A DNA stretch of 64,000 nucleotides from IMG/VR virus record IMGVR_UViG_3300033121_002354, positions 32,001 through 96,000 of that record; one strand, 5' to 3'. Both the position numbers and the translations under genes were made by a program. Below the pieces are notes generated by a model. The model did not search any database and was not told the DNA's origin. It saw nothing but the letters and a program-made list of their open reading frames with translations. Positions 48,851 through 56,965 of this stretch are shown piece by piece (positions within the stretch are counted from its first letter, which is position 1; each line of letters opens with the position of its first letter). This DNA is from a virus (lineage: Duplodnaviria > Caudoviricetes).

Positions 48851-51148
48851 ATGATCACATTAGTATTGGGCAATGTAGATACTCGTATTGTTGGCGAGAT
48901 ATCTGATGAGGAATATTATGACCTCAGAAGATATCTTTCTTTTCGTCCATCTGGTTTTCTTTTTCACCCCCTTTACAGAAAGAAAATGTGGGATGGATGG
49001 GCCAGACTTATTAAGAAGAATAAAGGCGGAATCACCTTTCCAAGCGGGCTTCTTTCTCTCGCAAAAGAAGGATTAACAGAGCTAAATATTCCATTTTGCG
49101 TAAAAGATGGTCGTACAAAACCACAACCAACTCTGGAAATAGAATTAAGCTCAAATATAGTTTTGCGTGATTATCAGGAGCTGATAAAAAATCACTCATG
49201 CAATACAGGAAGAGGTCTTATAGGACTAGCGACAGGCGGGGGAAAAACTGCAACCAGTGCAGCCTTGATTGCCGAACTTAAAGTGAAGCCATTTTTGTTT
49301 TTGGTGACTTCTATAGATCTCTTAGAACAAACAGTAGAAGCTTTCGAAAATTTCTTGGTGCAAAACGGCAAACCTGCAAAGATTGGCAGAGCCGGAAATG
49401 GCATTGTTGATTTACAAGATATTACCGTTATGACAGTACAAACAGCTATGAGAGCTTTAGGGAAGAAATACAAAAAATACGACTCTGAAAGCTCCGACAG
49501 AAAAGAGAACAATGGTGTCATAGCAAAATACCGCAAAGAACTAGTTCACTTTATGACAACATGTCAAGGGGTCATATGTGATGAATGTATAACTGGTGAT
49601 TCTATTGTGCTGACAAAAAATGGCCCACAACGAATGGACAAATTAAAAACAGGGCAGGAAGTGCAGAGTTTAAGTGGTAATAGTGTTGTATGGAAAAAAA
49701 TAACTCATTTTTATCGCAAAGGGAAGAAAAAGACATTCAAAGTCCTGCTGAACAACAACCAAAGCATTCGTTGCACAGCAGACCACTTAATCAGGACAAG
49801 CAAAGGCTGGAAACCGGCAGGTTCGCTAAAACAGAACGACCAGATTTTGTGTTCTGGGAACATGACAGTGGCGGATATGGAGACAGAACTGCATCATTCA
49901 GAACTTCATGCCATCCAGAATTATCACTTATCTATAACATTACTCACGTTAATGGCAAAAAACATCTCTCAGAACAGTGGTTGGACAGAATTGGAGCAAT
50001 CGGAATGGCATGGTGGGTTTGCGATGATGGAAGCAGATCAAAATCATCAATCAGACTTCATACAGAAGGGTACTCGCTGCAGGAAGTCGAGATCGCAGCA
50101 AGCTGGATATCACGTATATACGGAAAAGTTTCCATCTACAAATATAAACATAAAGAATACAGAACACTCGGTCTCGGAAAAACAGCAACCGATAGAGTTA
50201 TTACAGAAATCGCGGAATACGTTCCAAAATGTATGGAATATAAACTTTGCAAGTGTTAACTCGGTAGAACCTTGTGGCGAAGAAGAAGTTTTTGATATAT
50301 CGGTTGAAGACACTCATTGTTTTTTTGCAAATGGAATGCTTGTTCATAACTGTCAACATTGGAGAGCAGACCAGTGTCAAACTGTAACCAAAACTCTCGA
50401 AAATGCATATTACCGTTTTGGAGCTTCTGCCACCGCCTTCAGAGATGAAGGTGATGATATGGCTATTCAATCGTGCTTTGGTAAGTTTTTGTGCAATATA
50501 AAAGCATCTGAACTTATTGAAAAAGGATATCTTGTACAACCAACAATCAACATTGTTCACTATAAACCAAAATTTGTAAAAGGAAACACTTATCAAGAAA
50601 TATACAAAGAGTGCATTGTTGAGGATAAAAAGTACAATGCGTTGGTAGCAACCACAGCAAATAACTATATTAACCAAGGACGATCTGTCCTTATACTTGT
50701 ACAGCAAATTAATCACGGCGAATCTCTCGCCAAGATGATTCCTGGTGCTCTTTTTGTTTGTGGTGATAGTCCAAAAAAAGAGAGAACAGCAGCACTCAAA
50801 ATGCTGCATAGCAGGAAAATAAAATGCATTGTTAGTACATCAATATTTGATGAGGGCGTAGATATACGGTCGCTAGATACACTTTTAATGGCTGGCGGCG
50901 GAAAAGCAAAAACAAGAGCACTTCAACGTGTTGGCAGAGTATTAAGGATATTTGATGGGAAGAAAGATGCTATCGTGATAGACTTTAGTATTCATGTTGA
51001 ATATTTGTTAGGCCACGCAAAAGAAAGAGAAAAAATTTACAGGACAGAACCGTTGTTCAATATAGAACACATCCCAAATAAAAATGACCCACCAGAAGTT
51101 TGGGAAAATCTTGGATTTTCAAATCACAAAACTCAAAAGCTATTGTAG
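48851..51148 (+). CDS. SF2 DExH helicase (UvsW/ResIII-like) containing an intein
   Basis: LRDYQ Q-motif, ATGGGKT Walker A, DE|CQH Walker B after splicing, SATAFR motif III, EGVDI motif V, QRVGRVLR motif VI. Confidence 0.92.
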   Translation: MITLVLGNVDTRIVGEISDEEYYDLRRYLSFRPSGFLFHPLYRKKMWDGWARLIKKNKGGITFPSGLLSLAKEGLTELNIPFCVKDGRTKPQPTLEIELSSNIVLRDYQELIKNHSCNTGRGLIGLATGGGKTATSAALIAELKVKPFLFLVTSIDLLEQTVEAFENFLVQNGKPAKIGRAGNGIVDLQDITVMTVQTAMRALGKKYKKYDSESSDRKENNGVIAKYRKELVHFMTTCQGVICDECITGDSIVLTKNGPQRMDKLKTGQEVQSLSGNSVVWKKITHFYRKGKKKTFKVLLNNNQSIRCTADHLIRTSKGWKPAGSLKQNDQILCSGNMTVADMETELHHSELHAIQNYHLSITLLTLMAKNISQNSGWTELEQSEWHGGFAMMEADQNHQSDFIQKGTRCRKSRSQQAGYHVYTEKFPSTNINIKNTEHSVSEKQQPIELLQKSRNTFQNVWNINFASVNSVEPCGEEEVFDISVEDTHCFFANGMLVHNCQHWRADQCQTVTKTLENAYYRFGASATAFRDEGDDMAIQSCFGKFLCNIKASELIEKGYLVQPTINIVHYKPKFVKGNTYQEIYKECIVEDKKYNALVATTANNYINQGRSVLILVQQINHGESLAKMIPGALFVCGDSPKKERTAALKMLHSRKIKCIVSTSIFDEGVDIRSLDTLLMAGGGKAKTRALQRVGRVLRIFDGKKDAIVIDFSIHVEYLLGHAKEREKIYRTEPLFNIEHIPNKNDPPEVWENLGFSNHKTQKLL
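49586..50350 (+). mobile_element. Intein (255 aa) inserted in the helicase Walker B motif
   Basis: Block A CITGDSIVLT, block B IRCTADHLI, block F VFDISVEDTHCFFANG, block G VHN followed by +1 Cys. Confidence 0.93.
49690..50259 (+). CDS. LAGLIDADG-family endonuclease encoded out of frame inside the intein
   Basis: FRTSCHPEL..NGKK...MAWWVCDDGS...IRLHTEGYSLQEV...YVPKCMEYKL parallels the 43119 enzyme (HP..NGVK..WFLGDGS..FCTNGF..YQYKF). Only one LAGLIDADG motif is visible. Confidence 0.75.
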   Translation: MEKNNSFLSQREEKDIQSPAEQQPKHSLHSRPLNQDKQRLETGRFAKTERPDFVFWEHDSGGYGDRTASFRTSCHPELSLIYNITHVNGKKHLSEQWLDRIGAIGMAWWVCDDGSRSKSSIRLHTEGYSLQEVEIAASWISRIYGKVSIYKYKHKEYRTLGLGKTATDRVITEIAEYVPKCMEYKLCKC

Positions 51149-51157
51149 GTTCCTGTT

Positions 51158-52537
51158 ATGCCAATTCAATTTAAAACGAAGTTCAAATGGGACACCGAAA
51201 CTTCCCCGAACGAAACGTTCCAAAGACCACTGCACGAAGTAATTCAACTCATTCGCCACTTACCAAATCCATACATTGGTAATAAAAAGAAACTGTTGCG
51301 TTCACTTCATAACTTCATGCAGAACAACAACTTGAAATTTGACACCTTTCTTGATGCATTCACAGGAAGTGGAGTTGTCGGGTTGTTTATGAAAGCTATG
51401 GGTAAGCGAGTTATTGCCAATGATTTACTGGCTTGTTCATACTTAAATGCTGTTGCTCTAATAGAAAATTCTGGAACAACTTTGTCTCCAGATCAGATTG
51501 GATCTATTTTGAACAAAAATACGCTAGAAAGCGACTTTGTTCAAAAGAACTGGATGAGCACCTCAAACACGACTCAATTGCGTAGAAGATTTACTGAAAA
51601 TGAAGCTATCCAGTTAGATCACATTAGATCCAACATTAAAAACTTAAGCCAGTTTACCGCTCAAAGTATTGGATTAACAGCAAACAGTTTAGTGTGCATG
51701 AGAATGCCATTCGGTTTTGCTGATAGAAGCATTGATATTTACAACCACCGCAGAAAACAAATAGAAAAGTATGGAAAAGACTCAGGTAATCACGATAGAC
51801 GTATAGGAATTTATTACGATGACAATCTAGATCTTGATTTCAAGAAGTGGTTTCCAAAGTACGTAGGATCTATTAATAAAGCCGTCTTAAACAACTCACA
51901 GATTGTTAATGACGCAAAAATACAACATGCCTTGGCATTCTTCGGTATACAGAATTATTTGTATCACGAAGCATTTAAAGGCGGCAGATTGAACAACGGA
52001 CAAATACTGAAAAGGGTAGATACTCGCAAAGAACAAGATGGAGTGATGAGATTTACCCAAGAAGATGTTCAAAAGATGTCTTTTGCAGAATTAAGCTCTG
52101 TAGGAAAGTGCAGTTGTATTGCTACTAATTGTGACGTTATAGATCTGTTACAAAGCGGATTTGTAGACGTTGAATGTGGTTATTTTGATCCTCCATATGG
52201 TGGAAGTTCAAGTGATTACCTGTCAATGTATCAGTTTTTTGAAGAATTTATCTACGAAGAACAAATTGAAAATCTTCCCCATTTCAAATCTATGGATAGA
52301 TTTTCGAAGAAAACTGATTACGAAAAGAACTTTCTTGATCTGTTAGATGCTGCCAAGAACATTCCTATATGGGTGTTTTCATATAACGATAAGTCATGGC
52401 AGGGTTTAGAGCATATTATTTCCCTGATTAAAAAGTTTAGAGGCCATGTAGTTTCCGAAATTGTGGACTACAAATACAAATACAGAAGCAAAAATAACGC
52501 TGCGGGCAAAGAATATTTGATCGCGGCAACAGTATAA
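51158..52537 (+). CDS. DNA adenine methyltransferase (D12/Dam-like alpha class, M.FokI-type), orphan
   Basis: YIGNKKKL, FLDAFTGSGVVG, VIAND, YFDPPY, FSYN, KEYL. Confidence 0.88.
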   Translation: MPIQFKTKFKWDTETSPNETFQRPLHEVIQLIRHLPNPYIGNKKKLLRSLHNFMQNNNLKFDTFLDAFTGSGVVGLFMKAMGKRVIANDLLACSYLNAVALIENSGTTLSPDQIGSILNKNTLESDFVQKNWMSTSNTTQLRRRFTENEAIQLDHIRSNIKNLSQFTAQSIGLTANSLVCMRMPFGFADRSIDIYNHRRKQIEKYGKDSGNHDRRIGIYYDDNLDLDFKKWFPKYVGSINKAVLNNSQIVNDAKIQHALAFFGIQNYLYHEAFKGGRLNNGQILKRVDTRKEQDGVMRFTQEDVQKMSFAELSSVGKCSCIATNCDVIDLLQSGFVDVECGYFDPPYGGSSSDYLSMYQFFEEFIYEEQIENLPHFKSMDRFSKKTDYEKNFLDLLDAAKNIPIWVFSYNDKSWQGLEHIISLIKKFRGHVVSEIVDYKYKYRSKNNAAGKEYLIAATV

Positions 52538-52544
52538 TTTAAAC

Positions 52545-53040
52545 ACATATTCAAGGCTCTCCCACTTCCTTGTTGGAGCCGCGACGGCAATTTTACACCC
52601 AGAGATGGGAATGACCGAAACAAGGTGAACTATTTCGTCGAATGCCATCTATTCAATCGCTTTGGCATTTGCATTAGAGATTTAGTTCGAATAACTATTT
52701 TAGCGGTTGAAGTGTCATGTCGCTTTTACAAGAATGAGTCCATTGCCCTCCTTACGGATACGTGCTTAAAACTCAATAAGTATTAGTAGTGGCTCACAGG
52801 CGTGCTACCAGTTGTTATGGAAACCCTGACTGGATTAATAGACACGTCGTGGCAGGGGTCTGAGATTAGGTTAAAGCCATATGGTGAATAAGCACCCTGT
52901 TCTGCTTAATGCAGGATTGAATACCTAAAACTCATCGAAACGCTCAGCTTTATACTGCAGTTTCGTTAGAGAATGACCACTGGTAAAGTAAGTCTCTTTT
53001 TTGGGCCTTATTTTTTACCAGGGGTTACTTTCTCTACAAC
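52545..53040 (+). ncRNA. Candidate large structured non-coding RNA of unknown family
   Basis: ~560-bp gap without a credible ORF, GC-richer than its flanks, tiled with stems (see findings); G-U pairs favour the + strand; TATAAT at 52533-52538. Confidence 0.55.
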
Positions 53041-53099
53041 TCGCATTACCTGCAATCAGTAAATTTGACCCGTTGAACAATTTATCTTATATTTGACAC

Positions 53100-53552
53100 A
53101 TGAATTACGAACTATATACAGATGGGTCTTGCAACCCAAATCCAGGTGAAGGTGGTTGGGCGTTTATAATAGTAGAAGTAGATGAGCCAAGGTCTATCAA
53201 GTCAACTGGAAGTGGATACGAACCAGTATCTACTAACAACCGCATGGAAATGATGGCGTTAATAAAGGGACTTGAAAAGTACAACGAAATTAAAACTCCA
53301 GAAGATACTCTTACCGTAGTCACAGATAGTATGTACTTATTAAACGGAACAACCAGATGGTCTAAAAAGTGGTGCAAGAACAACTGGACACGTAAACCAA
53401 GTCTTAAAAACGTAGATTTGTGGAAACAAATAAGGATTCTGGACGACTTAACAAAGGGCGTTTTCAGAAAAGTAAAGGGACATGCCGGTGATTATTATAA
53501 TGAACAAGTAGACGTACTTGCAAAAGCATGTTGTAGTAAAAATATTTGCTGA
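53100..53552 (+). CDS. rnhA: Ribonuclease HI
   Basis: YTDGSC.PNPG.GGW, TNNRMEM, VTDSMY, KNVDLW, KVKGHAG..NEQVD: all catalytic acidic residues present. Confidence 0.95.
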   Translation: MNYELYTDGSCNPNPGEGGWAFIIVEVDEPRSIKSTGSGYEPVSTNNRMEMMALIKGLEKYNEIKTPEDTLTVVTDSMYLLNGTTRWSKKWCKNNWTRKPSLKNVDLWKQIRILDDLTKGVFRKVKGHAGDYYNEQVDVLAKACCSKNIC

Positions 53553-54442
53553 ACACGTCTTTTAGATCTTATCTTTATCTTACTATGGACGATAAAGAAC
53601 AGCTTATTCGGTATCTTGATCGAATAAACAAGAAAACTCCACAGACTCCCGTTCCAAACGACCAGCCCCAACAAAAAAGGTTGTTCACTGTATCAATTCT
53701 TAACGAAAAACCGTATGAGCTTGATTATCAACTGGTCAAGAGAAACAAGTTTCCACCAGACATTTCAAAGCTTTCAAAGTGGAACAATGCAGATTTTATT
53801 AAATACATTCTGTCAAAAACTAAAAACGTATTTATTGAAAGTACTCCAAGTAACAGTTTGCTGCTTAATCATTTAAGAAATAATCTGTCTAAATCAATAG
53901 GTTTTCACTTAGAAGATGAAACTCATGTATGTTCGAATCACGAATTAAAGGACTACATTGACTATTGGATCAATGTAGTATCCAGCAATAAGAAGACCAA
54001 TGTTGATTGGATGTGTAGTAAGAAATCGGTTAGACAATATGTGTCTAATTATTATGTTGCCTCAAATTACAAACAAACCTTAGAAGAACTTATATTGAGT
54101 GGAAAATTCGAAGATGCCTTATTGGAGCATGGGATAGTAAATTTCTACGAAAGAAGTATCAAGAAAAACAAAGTAAAGAAAACACTTACTATTCTCAAAG
54201 AGACAATAGACTCTTTGGATCAACAGCGGTTTTTGCAAGTTTTTAAACAACTTCTGAAATCTTATCCTTACAAAATAGAACAGAAGTTTAAAGTGAATTT
54301 TATTATAAGAGAGGCGATAACAAAGTTTGATCTGAAGAAGTGGTTTGACTGTGATTTTGATGGAAAATTGTTTAAGACAGAAGAAGAAATAGCACGTATA
54401 AATCAAAAGAAGAAAAGAGATTTAGGTGATCAATGGGTGTAA
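53546..54442 (+). CDS. Hypothetical basic protein (start may be ATG 53585)
   Basis: Long Lys-rich ORF between rnhA and the AAA ATPase. Confidence 0.7.
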   Translation: MLNTSFRSYLYLTMDDKEQLIRYLDRINKKTPQTPVPNDQPQQKRLFTVSILNEKPYELDYQLVKRNKFPPDISKLSKWNNADFIKYILSKTKNVFIESTPSNSLLLNHLRNNLSKSIGFHLEDETHVCSNHELKDYIDYWINVVSSNKKTNVDWMCSKKSVRQYVSNYYVASNYKQTLEELILSGKFEDALLEHGIVNFYERSIKKNKVKKTLTILKETIDSLDQQRFLQVFKQLLKSYPYKIEQKFKVNFIIREAITKFDLKKWFDCDFDGKLFKTEEEIARINQKKKRDLGDQWV

Positions 54443-56172
54443 AAAAAGTAACTTGTACTAGTGAAGAATTGGTAAAAATGCAGAATGAATTATTGTTAAT
54501 GGGCACCAGAGAAGTGTCCCAAGACATAATTGATTCTATTAAAAGCCGATATAAACTTTTATATCTGGTGTCCTCCGAAGAGGAACGTGTAGTACGTTTT
54601 ATACGTAGATTTTGTCAGTCTCAAAGTTATAACGGTTTTATATGGGATTGCTCTCGTGGTTTAAATGATATTATGACCATGAAGGCTCCATCAACTTCGA
54701 AGCTGGACGAAGAAGAATCTAGCCCAACAATATCAGAAGATATCACTGATCCGGCTATTGTATTAAATTACATTCTTGATTCCATATCGTGCAAATCTTA
54801 TTCCAATGGAAGAATATACATATTGCTGGACTTTGACCATTTTCTTCAATCAGAGCAGGGATATGTACTTGAAAGAAAATTGAAACAGTTTTCAAGATCA
54901 AGTGCAACTGATACGATAATCATTGTGTCACCTGAATACGTTTCAACTCCAGGGTTGGATAAAGAGGTGACAGTTGTTGACTTCCCATATCCATCCAAGG
55001 ATGAGATCAGAGCTGTACTGAATAAAGTAAAAGAAAAAGTTGCAGTAACTTATCCAGATATATTGAAGGCTGCCGTAGAAAACGAAGAAGAAATAATCTG
55101 GGCTGCTACCGGACTTACTTTGACTGAAGCGAGAAATGCTTTAGCAAAAACTGTAGTAAAAGACAAAAAGTTTACTACCACTACATTACTTCACGAAAAA
55201 GCACAAATCATAAGAAAATCACGTTTACTTGAATACTGCAATCCAGACATAACAATGGATGATGTTGGCGGTTTTACAGTATTAAAGAAATGGTTTGAAT
55301 CAAGGAAAAGCTCATTTACACAGGAAGCTTTAGACTTCGGTGTGCCGGTAGCTAAAGGAATTTTTTTGTGTGGTCCTCCAGGTTGCGGTAAATCTTTTAT
55401 CTGCAAGGCTTTAGCAAATTTCTATTCATTTCCACTTTTAAGAATGGATATGGGTGCAATGTTTGATAGTCATGTTGGGGCTTCTGAAAAAAGAATAAGA
55501 GAAGCCTTAAAAATTGCGGATGCATTAGCTCCTGCAATTTTGTACATTGATGAGATTGATAAAGGGGTTTCTGGAGGAAAAGGCAGTAATGATACAGATG
55601 GTGGGACGACGGCAAGAGTAATTGGAACGTTGCTGACATGGATGCAGGAAAAAACGAGTAAAGTATTTATTGTGGCAACTGCTAATAGTACGGCAACTAT
55701 TCCGGCAGAAATGTTAAGAGCTGGTCGTTTTGATGAAATCTTTTTTCTTGATCTGCCGCACATGGTTGAAAGAGCAGATATTGTTTCTAAATTGATTTTA
55801 AGAAAAAGAAGAGATCCTTCGAAGTTTGATTTGAATTTAATTGCTAAGTGTTCGGAAGGATATACTGGTGCTGAAATAGAAAAGGCCGTAGATAATGCTG
55901 TAATTTTCTGTTTTTCACAAAACAAGAAGGAGTTGACTACTGAAGATATTGTTAGGTCATTTGGTGAGTTTATTCCGTTATCAAAATCTCGATCTGCTGA
56001 AATTGAAACAATGAGGGCTTGGGCCAAAGATGGCAGAGCGATAATTGCCAACTCCGATGAGCCTGTTAAGAATTTGAAGGTCAAAAACTCACCAAAAATT
56101 GACAAACCTAATAGCGATCATAGAGTTGAAATAGACCTAGATGAGGACTGTGGTCCGTTAGACATGGAATAA
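54433..56172 (+). CDS. AAA+ ATPase, Ycf46-like
   Basis: SSEEERV N-terminal motif, YILLDFDHFL degenerate first module, DVGG..LKKW, GPPGCGKS, YIDEIDK, LLTWMQE, ATAN, LRAGRFDEIFFLDLP. Confidence 0.9.
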   Translation: MGVKKVTCTSEELVKMQNELLLMGTREVSQDIIDSIKSRYKLLYLVSSEEERVVRFIRRFCQSQSYNGFIWDCSRGLNDIMTMKAPSTSKLDEEESSPTISEDITDPAIVLNYILDSISCKSYSNGRIYILLDFDHFLQSEQGYVLERKLKQFSRSSATDTIIIVSPEYVSTPGLDKEVTVVDFPYPSKDEIRAVLNKVKEKVAVTYPDILKAAVENEEEIIWAATGLTLTEARNALAKTVVKDKKFTTTTLLHEKAQIIRKSRLLEYCNPDITMDDVGGFTVLKKWFESRKSSFTQEALDFGVPVAKGIFLCGPPGCGKSFICKALANFYSFPLLRMDMGAMFDSHVGASEKRIREALKIADALAPAILYIDEIDKGVSGGKGSNDTDGGTTARVIGTLLTWMQEKTSKVFIVATANSTATIPAEMLRAGRFDEIFFLDLPHMVERADIVSKLILRKRRDPSKFDLNLIAKCSEGYTGAEIEKAVDNAVIFCFSQNKKELTTEDIVRSFGEFIPLSKSRSAEIETMRAWAKDGRAIIANSDEPVKNLKVKNSPKIDKPNSDHRVEIDLDEDCGPLDME

Positions 56173-56176
56173 TAGT

Positions 56177-56965
56177 GTGAAAATACAAGATTACTATGAC
56201 AAAGCTGCCAACGAATGTAAGATATGTAACGGCAAGAAGTTAACAGTTACAGATGGCAAAAGTGTAATATGTCTATGTCAAAGGATGGCTCTTGCACGGT
56301 ACAGGTGGGAAGAAATCCCAATTAATGGTGTTTATCGTTCATTAGACTGGAAACATTTTGGGAACACTGGGAAACTCGTACTTCCAAAACATGTTTACGA
56401 GTCTGCACGAGCATCGGTTTTGGGTTATTGTTTCACGACTGCAAGTATAGGAGAATTAAAGAATTATCAAGCAAAACCTGAAAGTCTTAAAAAGATTGAG
56501 AATCTTACATTTAGAGTAGAAGTATCTAAACTGGTTGAGCGATGCAAGAATGGAGAAAATGTTGCCATTTTTGGTGACGAGCAAAGTGGCAAAACTTTTT
56601 TGGCTTCTTTAATTACCAGAGAGGCCATTCATACATCAGCATTCAAAAAAGAAATGCAAATAGAGTGGGTTCCTTTTTACAGGATTGCAGCAAAACTGGA
56701 ATGGGGGAAGATAGATCAAGAATTTGTGGATGACTTATCTTATTTTTGTGACTTTTTGATTATAGATGACGTTCATAACACATCTAAAACCTATAATCCT
56801 GTCAGCTTAGACAACATTATTGGAACCCGCTCATCTAACGATAAGGCAACTATATTAACTATACGTACAGGCACCAGTTTAAAAATGCTTGGCAATGAAA
56901 TACTCAAGTTGGTAAACAGTCCAAAAACTTTGCGAGTGTTTTTAACACAGGAATCACATGACTAA
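56177..56965 (+). CDS. DnaC/IstB-like helicase-loader ATPase
   Basis: N-terminal CKIC...CLC Zn motif, Walker A GDEQSGKT, Walker B FLIIDD, R..NDKATILT; directly upstream of dnaB. Confidence 0.75.
   Translation: MKIQDYYDKAANECKICNGKKLTVTDGKSVICLCQRMALARYRWEEIPINGVYRSLDWKHFGNTGKLVLPKHVYESARASVLGYCFTTASIGELKNYQAKPESLKKIENLTFRVEVSKLVERCKNGENVAIFGDEQSGKTFLASLITREAIHTSAFKKEMQIEWVPFYRIAAKLEWGKIDQEFVDDLSYFCDFLIIDDVHNTSKTYNPVSLDNIIGTRSSNDKATILTIRTGTSLKMLGNEILKLVNSPKTLRVFLTQESHD

Noticed and set aside
49690-49702. A7 run as a programmed -1 frameshift into the endonuclease frame
   Set aside because: Not a clean X-XXY-YYZ heptamer in the intein frame, A-runs are common here, and the alternative ORF has its own ATG.
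52406-52648. 80-aa reverse ORF entering the non-coding element
   Set aside because: Overlaps the methyltransferase 3' end, no motif or ribosome-binding site; structured RNA explains the region better.
52545-53040. tRNA, tmRNA, RNase P, group I/II intron or CRISPR identity for the intergenic element
   Set aside because: No cloverleaf or CCA end, no GAGGAAAGUCC, no group I P/Q/R/S or group II domain V signature, no direct-repeat/spacer periodicity, and the flanking genes are intact.
50201-56105. Long reverse-strand ORFs 50201..50809 and 55470..56105
   Set aside because: Antisense to well-supported helicase and AAA+ genes; no motifs.
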